From a virus, in the IMG/VR virus record IMGVR_UViG_3300017971_000035, positions 6,357-70,356 of that record: DNA of 64,000 nucleotides; one strand, 5' to 3'. Under the pieces are notes generated by a model, which worked only from the letters and a program-made list of their open reading frames with translations, was not told the DNA's origin and did not search any database. A program made the translations under genes and the position numbers. Below, piece after piece: positions 21,590 through 31,186 of this stretch. Within the stretch, counting starts at the first letter, position 1. Each line of letters begins with the position of its first letter.

Positions 21590-22185
21590 AAAAATTCCCA
21601 GGTCTCCTGATTATACCATCTTTGGATTCTGCAGACAAGCTGAAAATTTGAAGTGCATCCTTCAAGTGGGAAATACCAATTTGGATACCAGAAATCAAGA
21701 AGTTCCCCGGCCGCGGAGGGAACCTGCCATTTCTGTGATAAGAAGTCAATTTCAGTAAATTTGCGGAATAATCTTGCTGGGGCTCCTTTCATAATAGCTT
21801 CATCATCCAAAGCATAATTATAATTGTGATAGCTAAAAATCCCGGGATCCACCCAGAGCCTTCCTTTGGTGTGCCAAAGAACATTCTTCCATTCCAGGAA
21901 GAACCAATTACAGCATTTTATTGATTTTGGGCGTTTTTTACATGAGAACCAAAGCAGCTCGCCTGTAGGTTTGCTGGCAATACGCTGCTCGAGCTGCGGC
22001 CAGCCGGCCATGAGGCCTTTATTCTTACATCGATGAAAATAATCTTCCTTTTCTTCGATGGTCAGAGGGAGGAAAGCAATATCCAAATCCAGATCATGAG
22101 GAATAATCCCCCGTTCTCGGACTGCACCAAGAAGCGTACCAAACGCCAGAAAGGCCTTTGAGAGAATACCAGCTCTCTTCGCCAC
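21586..22185 (-). CDS. LicD-family phosphotransferase
   Basis: FGTLLGAVRERGIIPHDLDLDI is the LicD signature; C-terminal YPNW..P. True start may be further upstream. Confidence 0.85.
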   Translation of the reverse strand: MAKRAGILSKAFLAFGTLLGAVRERGIIPHDLDLDIAFLPLTIEEKEDYFHRCKNKGLMAGWPQLEQRIASKPTGELLWFSCKKRPKSIKCCNWFFLEWKNVLWHTKGRLWVDPGIFSYHNYNYALDDEAIMKGAPARLFRKFTEIDFLSQKWQVPSAAGELLDFWYPNWYFPLEGCTSNFQLVCRIQRWYNQETWEFL

Positions 22186-22220
22186 TTCCTGGATTTCATA
22201 AAGGACCTCTTCGGCCGATT

Positions 22221-22397
22221 CTATGCCCCTGGCACCCTCTTTAATCTCGGGTTCCTCCGCTTGGCCGCAGGGCTGGCTTTTCGAGTGGATGATGCCAGTA
22301 TTGCACCAGCTCTATTTTTCGATATGCCTTGTTTTCTGGCAATCATGGATTGAGCTCTGGCGAATCCTGGATGTGCAGTTTTCTTGCCTTTTGCCAT
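22221..22397 (-). CDS. Small basic protein (58 aa)
   Basis: Manual translation: MAKGKKTAHPGFARAQSMIARKQGISKNRAGAILASSTRKASPAAKRRNPRLKRVPGA; AGGAGGT SD. Below the ORF-track cutoff. Confidence 0.75.
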   Translation of the reverse strand: MAKGKKTAHPGFARAQSMIARKQGISKNRAGAILASSTRKASPAAKRRNPRLKRVPGA

Positions 22398-22412
22398 TCG
22401 ACCTCCTATACT
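22384..22412 (+). promoter_or_regulatory. Sigma70-like promoter for the inverted glycosyltransferase gene (leaderless geometry)
   Basis: TTGCCT (22384-89), 17 nt, TATACT (22407-12), then ATG 6 nt downstream with no SD. Confidence 0.5.
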
Positions 22413-22418
22413 TGAAGT

Positions 22419-23090
22419 ATGATCTTCACTTGTGCATCAGGAAAATACAGAGAGCTTGAACCACTATATAGGTACTGTATAAAACGAGTGTACCCCACAG
22501 AAAAAGTTGTGGTTTTAAAAACGGACCTCTTTCCTTCCTGCATGCGATTCTTATTCAATCCTGGTAATAGTGAAGTTTATGTTACGGACATCGATATTTT
22601 AATTCTACCACATAAGATATCTCATTTCGAGTACTTTTCAAAATACAAAGTTTATGGGGCCTCATATATGCGCGGCTGTGATTGGTCATCTGAGGGTGAA
22701 TGGAAAGGTGAAAATTCGAGGATTTGTGGAGGATTTGCGCTTCTTGGGCCTGAATATTATGAACGAACAGCAAAAGCGAGAAATAAATATTTTGATGTTA
22801 ATGAAATTGAAGACTATCGTGCATTTGATGAAATTATGTTCTGTCGGATTCTCAAATCTTCCGGTTACCCGATTCCGATTACACCATATACTTTTCCCAA
22901 CGGTGAAGCGTGGGATCCATCTTATAGGGATCTTCATCTTCATGATTTTAGGAATAGAAAATTTGAGAAGTGGAAACCAGATAAAATGAAATTGGCAACG
23001 CTTTTTAAAGACCTAAACTTTATTTCACTCGTTAAAGGACTTTCTCAATACTGGTATGATTTAATAGGGGATGTTGAAGATTATATTTAA
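22419..23090 (+). CDS. Glycosyltransferase-like protein (GT-A, DxD)
   Basis: VYVTDIDIL, ICGG and DE motifs; the only plus-strand gene in the late operon. Confidence 0.55.
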   Translation: MIFTCASGKYRELEPLYRYCIKRVYPTEKVVVLKTDLFPSCMRFLFNPGNSEVYVTDIDILILPHKISHFEYFSKYKVYGASYMRGCDWSSEGEWKGENSRICGGFALLGPEYYERTAKARNKYFDVNEIEDYRAFDEIMFCRILKSSGYPIPITPYTFPNGEAWDPSYRDLHLHDFRNRKFEKWKPDKMKLATLFKDLNFISLVKGLSQYWYDLIGDVEDYI

Positions 23091-23635
23091 TGATCAGAAA
23101 TATATTCCATAAATGCGGCTCTTTTTATGAACTTATTTCCAATTTTCCTTATGGCACAGTGCATCTGCCATCCGTCTTTTACATTATTTTCCGCAGCTGA
23201 TGCCATCCATTCAAGACCTTCATATTTTGATTTATTCACGAGGACTTTAAAAAATTCCTTTTTGAAATAATGGATTCCATGACCAGGCCAATTACCTGTA
23301 ACTGGTACCACATGAAGCATGATGCCGCCAACTTTACAGGCATTGTGGATATTCAAAAAACAATTATAAACATCGACAACATGTTCAGATGTTCCGAAAT
23401 TGGTTACCACATCAAATTGACCAAGATTAACAGGATGATTAAGGTCAACTCTTTCTGAACCAAGACACCCTGAAATATCAATTGAAAGGCATTTAAAGCC
23501 TATTGAATCCCAATACTTTTTTGCCACAGCTCTTCCTGGGTAGAGTTCCTGACAGCCCAATTCAAGCATAGACATACCGCCAGGAGCATGAATATTTCTT
23601 TCGACAAATTTAAGAGTTTCCTTTGTTATTCCCAT
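23087..23635 (-). CDS. Class I SAM-dependent methyltransferase
   Basis: MLELGCQ, SIDI, FDVVTNFGTSEHV and CKVGG motifs; likely start at 23635. Confidence 0.8.
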   Translation of the reverse strand: MGITKETLKFVERNIHAPGGMSMLELGCQELYPGRAVAKKYWDSIGFKCLSIDISGCLGSERVDLNHPVNLGQFDVVTNFGTSEHVVDVYNCFLNIHNACKVGGIMLHVVPVTGNWPGHGIHYFKKEFFKVLVNKSKYEGLEWMASAAENNVKDGWQMHCAIRKIGNKFIKRAAFMEYISDH

Positions 23636-24267
23636 AATTCCTTCCTTACGAATATATCGTCCCATTCAAGCTGAATGAATTCATATCCTTTATTTTTTAA
23701 ATAGTCTCTTAGTTCTTGGTCGTTAAAGTTATTTTCTACTGATATTACATTAATGCGCCAACTATCAAAATCTATTCCATGGATTATTTCTCTTTCAGAA
23801 CCTTCTGTATCAATGCTCATATAATCTATTACACTTACTCCACAGCCAATTAATAATTGATTTATTGTTATGGCCTTGAGTCTTTTTACACTTTGGCCAA
23901 TCCCTTTGGTCTGCAAGTCTATTCTCGAAATATGCCGTGGATCCATAGCTTTTTTTATTCCGCTTAACATGGGGGCCTCTTTATCCTCACATTCTGAACT
24001 GATTTCTATGAAATCGATTTCACCGGATTTACTCCAAATCGGATATTCAAGACATACGCATTTTCTTGCTGCCTTGAGCTTTTGGAATGGTTCAGATGCC
24101 GGTTCTACGCAGCAACCCTTCCAACCTAGTTGCTCAAAAAAAAGAGTATTACTAAAGGTAACGCCATCGTAAGCACCGATATCAAGAAAATAACCATCCT
24201 TTTTATTGGACTTATATACATTTTCGTATACATATTTATCCTGTCCTATCTGGCTGTAATAAGTCAT
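23626..24267 (-). CDS. FkbM-family methyltransferase
   Basis: YSQIGQD, FLDIGAYDG..FSNT, VEP and SIDTEGSE motifs; likely start at 24267. Confidence 0.9.
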   Translation of the reverse strand: MTYYSQIGQDKYVYENVYKSNKKDGYFLDIGAYDGVTFSNTLFFEQLGWKGCCVEPASEPFQKLKAARKCVCLEYPIWSKSGEIDFIEISSECEDKEAPMLSGIKKAMDPRHISRIDLQTKGIGQSVKRLKAITINQLLIGCGVSVIDYMSIDTEGSEREIIHGIDFDSWRINVISVENNFNDQELRDYLKNKGYEFIQLEWDDIFVRKELWE

Positions 24268-24959
24268 CTTGGATCCCTGCTGTGGTGTATATATGAGTCT
24301 TCCTTCATTCCCCATTGCGAAAGGTCTAATTCTGGTTGTATCTTGTGTTTTATGGCCATGAGGCTAAGTACCGATTGATCATGTCTATGGTCTTCAAATT
24401 CAAAATAATTATCCTTTCCGCATTCATTCGGATTATCAGATATTATTCTTTCATCCTGGCACCATTTGAGATATTCTGAAATAAAGTCAACACTTTCCTT
24501 ACATTTTTTAAATATCATAAAGGCACCATTCCAATGAGAACCTTCTGAATATTCTTTGTTATCACAATCCATAAGGACAAAAGCATCACGTTTAACCCAT
24601 TGATTATTCGTGAAGTATGGCATGTCAAAAAGGACTATGTTCCTTTCTCTTGTTTTATGGAAATATGGACTTAAATCCTTTTCAAAATAAGCTCCTGCAT
24701 CAGAATAAAAAATTGTATCTCCCTCAAGTATTTCTTCATTCATAATTGTCTTGTAAAGAAAATACGGTTTCCAAAGCCAGTAACCAGCTCCCCTGGGACA
24801 ATCAAGTATCTTATGATTTTTGTTATAAAATGCAGAATCAATTTGAGCCCTATTATAACAATAGACAAAATCAAAACCAGCGATATTATAACCAGTTTTA
24901 GTATTGAGCATTTGGCTTCGAAAGTAACGTTGGTCTGAATAATTAATCAGATAATTCAT
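24264..24959 (-). CDS. Glycosyltransferase-like protein
   Basis: GAGYWLWKP, YSDAG and HRHDQSVLS motifs. Confidence 0.7.
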   Translation of the reverse strand: MNYLINYSDQRYFRSQMLNTKTGYNIAGFDFVYCYNRAQIDSAFYNKNHKILDCPRGAGYWLWKPYFLYKTIMNEEILEGDTIFYSDAGAYFEKDLSPYFHKTRERNIVLFDMPYFTNNQWVKRDAFVLMDCDNKEYSEGSHWNGAFMIFKKCKESVDFISEYLKWCQDERIISDNPNECGKDNYFEFEDHRHDQSVLSLMAIKHKIQPELDLSQWGMKEDSYIHHSRDPR

Positions 24960-26158
24960 TTTTTCACCATTACACAGGTATTTGAATAAAAATGGATTGA
25001 GGATATTGGACCTTCCTGACCATCAATTTGTTTAAGCAGCTTAAGAAAAAATATTTCCATATCCACTCGAACATTCTTAAAACTTTCTTTGCTATCATTG
25101 AATTTCATACCAGGCCATTGATTCCTCACATCCTCTTTGTCAAGATCTATATAGGAACAATGAAGGTCTTCGATTATATAAATGCCGCCTGGATTAAGAT
25201 GATTAATTAGATATTCAAAAGTCTTCATGGTCATCTTATTAACATGACTCCCATCATCAAGGATAAAATCAAAAGAACCAGCTTCATTTATAATTTCATC
25301 AAGAGTTGTTTCACTGTCCTGGCTCCCTATAAAAATTTTAATATTCTCTTCTTCGTGTGTTTTGCAATCCGGATTTATATCCAGACCATAGATATTTGAT
25401 TCCTTGAAATATCTTTTCCAGGTTCTTAAGGAGGCCCCATTATAAACCCCTATTTCCAGTATATTATTATTGTTATACCTCATCCTGATAAGATATTTCT
25501 CATAGACCTGAAGGAAACTCTTGCCATTATAAATATGATGGGCCTTGTCAGTCTTGCAGAGTTTACCTATGGAATGGAGTGAGGGAGCTATGATTTCTTT
25601 TTTAGTATTGAAATTATATATGTAAAGTTCCTCGTCTATTATCATTTCTTTCTTGAGGTACTTCTTAAGACCATAACTATAATCTCTGTCTTCGCCGGAA
25701 TCCTTATCTTCGAAACCGACTTGAATGGCATATTCACGTTTCACAGGTGTAATATGATTCGGACACCTATAAAAGATTCTCAAGCCCTGGTTGTTAGGAT
25801 CTGTTTCAGTAAACCATTTGTCATATTTGATTGAAAGTCTCGCACGTTCCCTGGTCTTATTATCTGTGACCATGAGGACATTGAAACAGATGACATCAGG
25901 ATCCATAGGGATGCAGTTCATTATCATAGGAAGGTATTTATCAGATATTGAATCATCATCATCTATGAAAACAACGTAACGTCCCTGGGACTTTTCAAGA
26001 AGTTCATTTCTTTTTTCACCAACGGACTTTTCACCATTATCAACATTAATGATAACTTCCACATTTTTTGTTCTTTTTTCATTTATTTTATCAAGAAGTA
26101 CTTTTAAACTTCTTTGACGTTTCTCAAGCGAGCAAATTAATATGGAAAGATCAATCAT
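24956..26158 (-). CDS. GT2 glycosyltransferase fused to a sugar O-methyltransferase
   Basis: N-terminus has LSILI, GEKRN, FIDDDD and GED. C-terminus has TDK, LEIGV, GLDI, DDGSH and GGIYIIED. Confidence 0.85.
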   Translation of the reverse strand: MIDLSILICSLEKRQRSLKVLLDKINEKRTKNVEVIINVDNGEKSVGEKRNELLEKSQGRYVVFIDDDDSISDKYLPMIMNCIPMDPDVICFNVLMVTDNKTRERARLSIKYDKWFTETDPNNQGLRIFYRCPNHITPVKREYAIQVGFEDKDSGEDRDYSYGLKKYLKKEMIIDEELYIYNFNTKKEIIAPSLHSIGKLCKTDKAHHIYNGKSFLQVYEKYLIRMRYNNNNILEIGVYNGASLRTWKRYFKESNIYGLDINPDCKTHEEENIKIFIGSQDSETTLDEIINEAGSFDFILDDGSHVNKMTMKTFEYLINHLNPGGIYIIEDLHCSYIDLDKEDVRNQWPGMKFNDSKESFKNVRVDMEIFFLKLLKQIDGQEGPISSIHFYSNTCVMVKK

Positions 26159-26718
26159 ATGTGATGCCCTTTATATACAAATCTATTTTCATGGACTTTA
26201 TCATAAAGACTGAAATCCAATGGAAACATGTCTTGAATTGCTTTCCTCATTTTCCTGGTTACTACGACATCAGGTTTTCCACTTCTATGAAGTTTTGGCA
26301 CTCCATTTAATTTATAACCAAATTTGTCAGCTATGTAACCTATAAGTTCTTTGAGATAAATATAATCATATAATAAATCGATTGTTGTTACCGTTCCGTC
26401 AGAGACAAATTCATATTGATTAAGCGGATTCTTAAATCCTGAATACAGGCATTTTATATCTGACCAATGATGCTTACAACCTTCGAACACCCATTCTTCA
26501 AAAGTCAATGGATACAGCTCTTTAGAGCTGTCATAATTGACACACCAGTAATACCAGCTTATAAGCCTGTCTATTGGTTCACGAATAACTGCGAAGGAAA
26601 ATTTGGATTTATCAGGAAAATCTTTGTATGCCGAATGATTCAGGAACTTACCAGTATTAAATACCTCATGGATGGTTCCACTACCGGTTCTTGGTATGGA
26701 TACAAAATTAAAATTCAT
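26155..26718 (-). CDS. Sulfotransferase family 2 protein
   Basis: IPRTGSGTI and REPIDRLISWY PAPS-binding motifs. Confidence 0.8.
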   Translation of the reverse strand: MNFNFVSIPRTGSGTIHEVFNTGKFLNHSAYKDFPDKSKFSFAVIREPIDRLISWYYWCVNYDSSKELYPLTFEEWVFEGCKHHWSDIKCLYSGFKNPLNQYEFVSDGTVTTIDLLYDYIYLKELIGYIADKFGYKLNGVPKLHRSGKPDVVVTRKMRKAIQDMFPLDFSLYDKVHENRFVYKGHHI

Positions 26719-27374
26719 ACAATTAGTTTATTCTCAACGGACATATTTAATCTGGCTTCATAGATTTTCTTATTAACATGGTATCCTGGTTCCACTTTTT
26801 CATCAACTTCATCCTTATCCCTTTTACCATAACAATGATGTTTATGTTCAAAAATGTATTTATCATTTTTACAATCTTTTATTAAATCCAGTTCCTTAAG
26901 AACATCGAATAATTCCTGGTCTGAGAACATATGATTATAGACAGGATGGTAGATAATTCTATTAAGCCTGAGTAAGCATCTATAGGTCATTATGGGCAAG
27001 GGAATTATATCCTGGATATGATCATCATTAATTCTAAGGGCCCATTCCCAATCATCGAAAGTTCGAAGCAGATAATTATCCCATCCTTCAGGTGGATAAA
27101 AATCATCAGATGGAACCACTATGATATCATGTTCATTTGCATTAAGATTTTTTGTGAGTTCGTAAAGTGGAGTTGTTATCCCGCCACGAGGGTTTTCACA
27201 GAGAATTATGTCTTTATATTCTGATAAGGAATCATAATGTTCTTTTGAATCAACTGCAATTTCAGTAAAGATTATATTTTTATTTCTTGCACGATCCATC
27301 CAGACTTTGTGCATTTTCTTAAATACTTCAGGTCTGGCTGTGGGCCAAAGGAGTATTATGATAATTTCAGGCAT
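26715..27374 (-). CDS. Glycosyltransferase (GT2-like)
   Basis: WPTARP, VPSDDFYPPEGWD, SD and FEHKH motifs; likely start at 27374. Confidence 0.75.
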   Translation of the reverse strand: MPEIIIILLWPTARPEVFKKMHKVWMDRARNKNIIFTEIAVDSKEHYDSLSEYKDIILCENPRGGITTPLYELTKNLNANEHDIIVVPSDDFYPPEGWDNYLLRTFDDWEWALRINDDHIQDIIPLPIMTYRCLLRLNRIIYHPVYNHMFSDQELFDVLKELDLIKDCKNDKYIFEHKHHCYGKRDKDEVDEKVEPGYHVNKKIYEARLNMSVENKLIV

Positions 27375-27786
27375 CTTTGACCGCCTGTTCTTCCAGTTGC
27401 TCAACTATTTCTTTTAACATACTGAGAGGAAGAGGAACATCAACAAGATGTCTTTTATAATAATCATGAAGTCTTACTAGGAGGCACCATTCTCCATTAT
27501 ATTTTTGATATGGAAATGTTGCGTCGAGCTTGCTGAATCGTTTCAAAAGGTCTTCATATTTCGCTTCGGCGACAGTTTTGGACATTGGAGGCGGCTCCAT
27601 CTGAGCAAATCTTTCTTTTTCAGCTCTTGCTTTTTCCTGAAAATCATTAACCTTTTCTGGTGTGGATCCAGGGGAAGCAAGGATGATACAGTCTGTACAG
27701 ACCTTGAATTCAGTCGGCGCGTCCTGGTCGCCTTTTCTCAAAACTCTCTGACAATTCCCGCATACTATTCTTGTTACTACACCCAT
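27367..27786 (-). CDS. Hypothetical Zn-finger protein
   Basis: CxxC...CxxC at the N-terminus. Confidence 0.55.
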   Translation of the reverse strand: MGVVTRIVCGNCQRVLRKGDQDAPTEFKVCTDCIILASPGSTPEKVNDFQEKARAEKERFAQMEPPPMSKTVAEAKYEDLLKRFSKLDATFPYQKYNGEWCLLVRLHDYYKRHLVDVPLPLSMLKEIVEQLEEQAVKDA

Positions 27787-28394
27787 AATTTTTTCTCCAG
27801 ATCAGCACATGAATCAACTTCTTTTATTATCCCAAGGGATACTCCGAAATCAGGATTTGGAATAAACCAATCCGGATACCAATAATCAAGAAGCGTTCCA
27901 TATTTAATTGGTACTTTTAATTTAGGCTCTCCATCAAGCCAGTTGAAATCTTTTATTCCACCTTCGAACATCCATTTTGGAGTTCCTTTGAAATGATATT
28001 TGGAAGGCCGGCCATCTGATGGTTTCTCCATCAAATAATCATAGGTATGCCATAATAAATCACCCACCTGGAACCAGAAGAACAAATCGAGAGAAAGGCC
28101 ATTGGGCGATTCGTACTCGGCATAAAGAATATCGTCTGTGAAATCATTTCTGATTTCTCGAATACGATTCCAACCGCCATTCTCAAGATTTTTTCTGGTT
28201 CTTTCGTACCGGTGTCTACCAGTAATTGAGATGTCCATATCGGTTTCAAATGGTACTCCATGTTTAAAATCTCGGATGAGATAAAGAAGTGATCCGAAGG
28301 ATACAAACCACTTCTGCCTAGTTATCTCATCCTGTGTAAAAATATTAAGAGAACTGGCAATAGTGGAAAAATCTTTTCTTAAAGATTCATTCAC
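27777..28394 (-). CDS. Second LicD-family-like nucleotidyltransferase-fold protein
   Basis: WFVSFGSLLYLIRD...DMDI, LDLF and WYPDWFIP motifs. Confidence 0.7.
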   Translation of the reverse strand: MNESLRKDFSTIASSLNIFTQDEITRQKWFVSFGSLLYLIRDFKHGVPFETDMDISITGRHRYERTRKNLENGGWNRIREIRNDFTDDILYAEYESPNGLSLDLFFWFQVGDLLWHTYDYLMEKPSDGRPSKYHFKGTPKWMFEGGIKDFNWLDGEPKLKVPIKYGTLLDYWYPDWFIPNPDFGVSLGIIKEVDSCADLEKKLWV

Positions 28395-28594
28395 TTTTTG
28401 CCCATCTTGGCGACTCTCGTAAACGCCCTGGCTTTCTCCTGTTGCTCCTGTTTCATCTGAGATGCAGCCATCGCAGCCATCTTTAACTTCTTAGGATCCT
28501 TCTTGATGGCTTCGGCCTCAGTAAGCGTATGTGCATATTGACGAGCTTCCCAGTCCTTGTCACTGTTCGGTGAAACTGCATTAAGTTTTGCCAT
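28391..28594 (-). CDS. Small basic hypothetical protein
   Basis: 67 aa, AAGGAGG SD, directly after TerL. Confidence 0.65.
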   Translation of the reverse strand: MAKLNAVSPNSDKDWEARQYAHTLTEAEAIKKDPKKLKMAAMAASQMKQEQQEKARAFTRVAKMGKK

Positions 28595-28607
28595 GGTTTC
28601 CTCCTTA

Positions 28608-30893
28608 TTAAACGCCCATAGGGTCGCCGGTTTCAGGTTTAGGTTTTCGACTGTCTCCTATTCTCATTGAATATTCTTTGATTTTCATGACCTTTGTTTT
28701 GAACGGTTGGTATGACATCAGCTCGGAGATAATCATTAAAATAGCTTCTCTCATTCCGGTCTGTTCAAATTTTCCCTTTTCAAGCCGCCATGATATAAAT
28801 TGACGATACGCTTCTTTGCACCGCTTGTCAATCATCATCCTTTTCATTTTGGCCAAATTCATCAATACAGAAGCGGATCCGATGGGATCATATCTTGAGG
28901 CTTCCCTTATTTTCATAAATTGAGTGCTTCCGATTTTTCGCCAGAAATGAGCATCCATTTCCTTTTTAAAGGTTCTTTTGAAATCTTCGAACATGACCTT
29001 ATTTCCATAGAGTTTGTCCACACGGACCTTACTCATCTGCATCTTTCGGACAAGCAGACTGCTTAGGAGATCGGTATTAATCATTTCCATTGAAACCTCG
29101 TCATAGACAGACAGGAAATTTTTCTCCTCGTCCCATACGGCAAATAGGCCATTGACCGACAGGTCCTGGTTGAGGACAAGGGCCCCATAATGCCGGTTCC
29201 TGAAGTCAGGAGCTGACCAATCAATCTGAGTGGATCCCATGTGCATGTAACCCAGAGAATCGATAATCTGTTTGCGGCCCCCGGACTTCGGAAGGAAAGC
29301 CATGACCATCGCATCAGCTTCATCAGGGGAGGCGATTCCCCTTTTCATCATCTGAGATTTGGATTCACATTTTATCTTTCCAGACTCAGTAATCAGCATT
29401 TTCGGGGAAGCGAGCTGGGCAATGAGGTTTCCCTGGTTTGGGATACTGATGAGTTCAGACTCATCGTATTTACGGATTCCATTGACATGTTCGAAGGTCT
29501 TTTCGAACCGGCGCCGCATCCTGTACCACCACTCGGCCCGGGCATTGACAAAGGCATCTTTGGCCTTTTTTTCCAATTCATCATAAAATATGTCAGATGG
29601 CGGATCACCCGCATCCAGGGGGTAATGCGGAAATTTGATAACCCGTTCCGTCCTGTTTATCGTAGAATAGACCGCATGGCCCACTCCGATTTTATCATAG
29701 TGGAAAAAATCAACAAGAGCCTTATTGCACAAATCAATGGCCGTATGGGCCAAGTCTGTCCCATTTTCAATGTTGAATGACTGAACCAGGGCCACAGGTC
29801 CATAATGGATAGCCAGGGACGATTTATTGGTGCCTCCGGCTGCAACATCCAATCCGGATCCTTTCTCGCCTACGGGCTTTAAATCGAGGTCTACAGCAGC
29901 CGAAATCCATTCAGGCTTGATAAACAGGCCTTCGACAGAAGCATGGTAATTTACTTCTATTTCCTGGGCTACAACCACAGGGTCGAGAACGGCCAATTGT
30001 TCCTCATGCCATTGGTCATCTTTCCTGGGATCCTCTTTCCAATGAAAGGTAAACACCGAAACCTTTCCGGAATGACGTTTTTGGCCGAAATGATTCATTC
30101 CTTTGGGCGTAGAAAGGTCCATTTGACAATTCGTATTGGCAGAAAGAGCTGCATCCACCTTCAGCGGGAACTCCAGGGAGGCCGCTTCATCAACAAGGTA
30201 AATGGAACGCCGGCCACCGCGGCCGATATCCGGTCCACCTTGGCCAACGATATTTGAACCCATCTCAGGATTGATTAAATTACCCCATTTGTCGTGTTTT
30301 CGCTTATCATAGCCGTGGGGCATCCAGAAAGGCGGCATAAATTTGATATAAGTGCGGATTTTCTCAAAAATACAGTCCGGATTGTCCTTCTGGTCCACGT
30401 TATCCAGCTTATTTGACCCAATTCCACCGGCAAACCCCTCAGTCCAACGCCATTCGTGCGTCATCATGAGGATAAAAAACCAGGTTGCACCGGCATCACG
30501 GGATTTTTCTACTAATCCGCGCTTCTGACGGAGGTAGTGTTCGTACAACCACTCTAAAAATTCGATTTGCCGGGGAAATGGGATGATTGGAAGGAGGGTA
30601 GGAAGGCCGAGGGTCGCATTTCGTGGATCATAAGTCCACCCCCAGTCCATTATTCCATCAATAAGGTGTTCCCTTTGGGAAATATGAGTCAGAATGGAAC
30701 GCATGTTCCAATCATTCTTTTCAGTTTCTATAAGTAATTCAGTCCTTCGGGCTATTTCCTGGTTAAAAAAATCATTCAATATTTCAATGTAGCCATCAGG
30801 ATCATTGTACCTATGGGGGTTGGCTAATTTATAAGTGTCTACAGCGCGGATTACCAGCTCTTCATGCTCTGGCTCAGTCTTAAATTTAAACAT
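28608..30893 (-). CDS. terL: Terminase large subunit
   Basis: VEKSRDAGATW (Walker A), LVDEAA (Walker B), STPKG coupling motif, GLDVA nuclease motif and SPDEADA; carries an extra ~220 aa C-terminal region. Confidence 0.92.
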   Translation of the reverse strand: MFKFKTEPEHEELVIRAVDTYKLANPHRYNDPDGYIEILNDFFNQEIARRTELLIETEKNDWNMRSILTHISQREHLIDGIMDWGWTYDPRNATLGLPTLLPIIPFPRQIEFLEWLYEHYLRQKRGLVEKSRDAGATWFFILMMTHEWRWTEGFAGGIGSNKLDNVDQKDNPDCIFEKIRTYIKFMPPFWMPHGYDKRKHDKWGNLINPEMGSNIVGQGGPDIGRGGRRSIYLVDEAASLEFPLKVDAALSANTNCQMDLSTPKGMNHFGQKRHSGKVSVFTFHWKEDPRKDDQWHEEQLAVLDPVVVAQEIEVNYHASVEGLFIKPEWISAAVDLDLKPVGEKGSGLDVAAGGTNKSSLAIHYGPVALVQSFNIENGTDLAHTAIDLCNKALVDFFHYDKIGVGHAVYSTINRTERVIKFPHYPLDAGDPPSDIFYDELEKKAKDAFVNARAEWWYRMRRRFEKTFEHVNGIRKYDESELISIPNQGNLIAQLASPKMLITESGKIKCESKSQMMKRGIASPDEADAMVMAFLPKSGGRKQIIDSLGYMHMGSTQIDWSAPDFRNRHYGALVLNQDLSVNGLFAVWDEEKNFLSVYDEVSMEMINTDLLSSLLVRKMQMSKVRVDKLYGNKVMFEDFKRTFKKEMDAHFWRKIGSTQFMKIREASRYDPIGSASVLMNLAKMKRMMIDKRCKEAYRQFISWRLEKGKFEQTGMREAILMIISELMSYQPFKTKVMKIKEYSMRIGDSRKPKPETGDPMGV

Positions 30894-31086
30894 TTTCCCA
30901 ATCGGATATAATTCTCTCTATCTTTATTTTAACCTTTTCAGGCATGATTCGTCTACCGCTGAGATAATGCTGCAGAGTATCATAGCTGATTTGAAGTTTT
31001 AAAGCCAAGTCCGTTTGCGTCTTCCTTACTGAACGCAAACGTCCTTTGATCTCCGTATAGGATCTGAACTTTTTTTTGGGTGTCAT
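30886..31086 (-). CDS. XRE/Cro-type HTH regulator
   Basis: TQTDLALKLQISYDTLQHYLSG helix-turn-helix; AAGGAG SD. Confidence 0.75.
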   Translation of the reverse strand: MTPKKKFRSYTEIKGRLRSVRKTQTDLALKLQISYDTLQHYLSGRRIMPEKVKIKIERIISDWENV

Positions 31087-31141
31087 GCTAAATACTCCTT
31101 TTACTACTACAAATAAATTTATATATTTCTATTTGCAAGGC

Positions 31142-31173
31142 AAAAAGCCCGGTTCTCTGTGAACGGGCTTTTT
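31142..31173. terminator. Bidirectional terminator-like hairpin at the strand switch
   Basis: AAAAAGCCCG GTTC TCTGT GAAC GGGCTTTTT. Confidence 0.6.
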
Positions 31174-31186
31174 ACCAAGGAATCAT

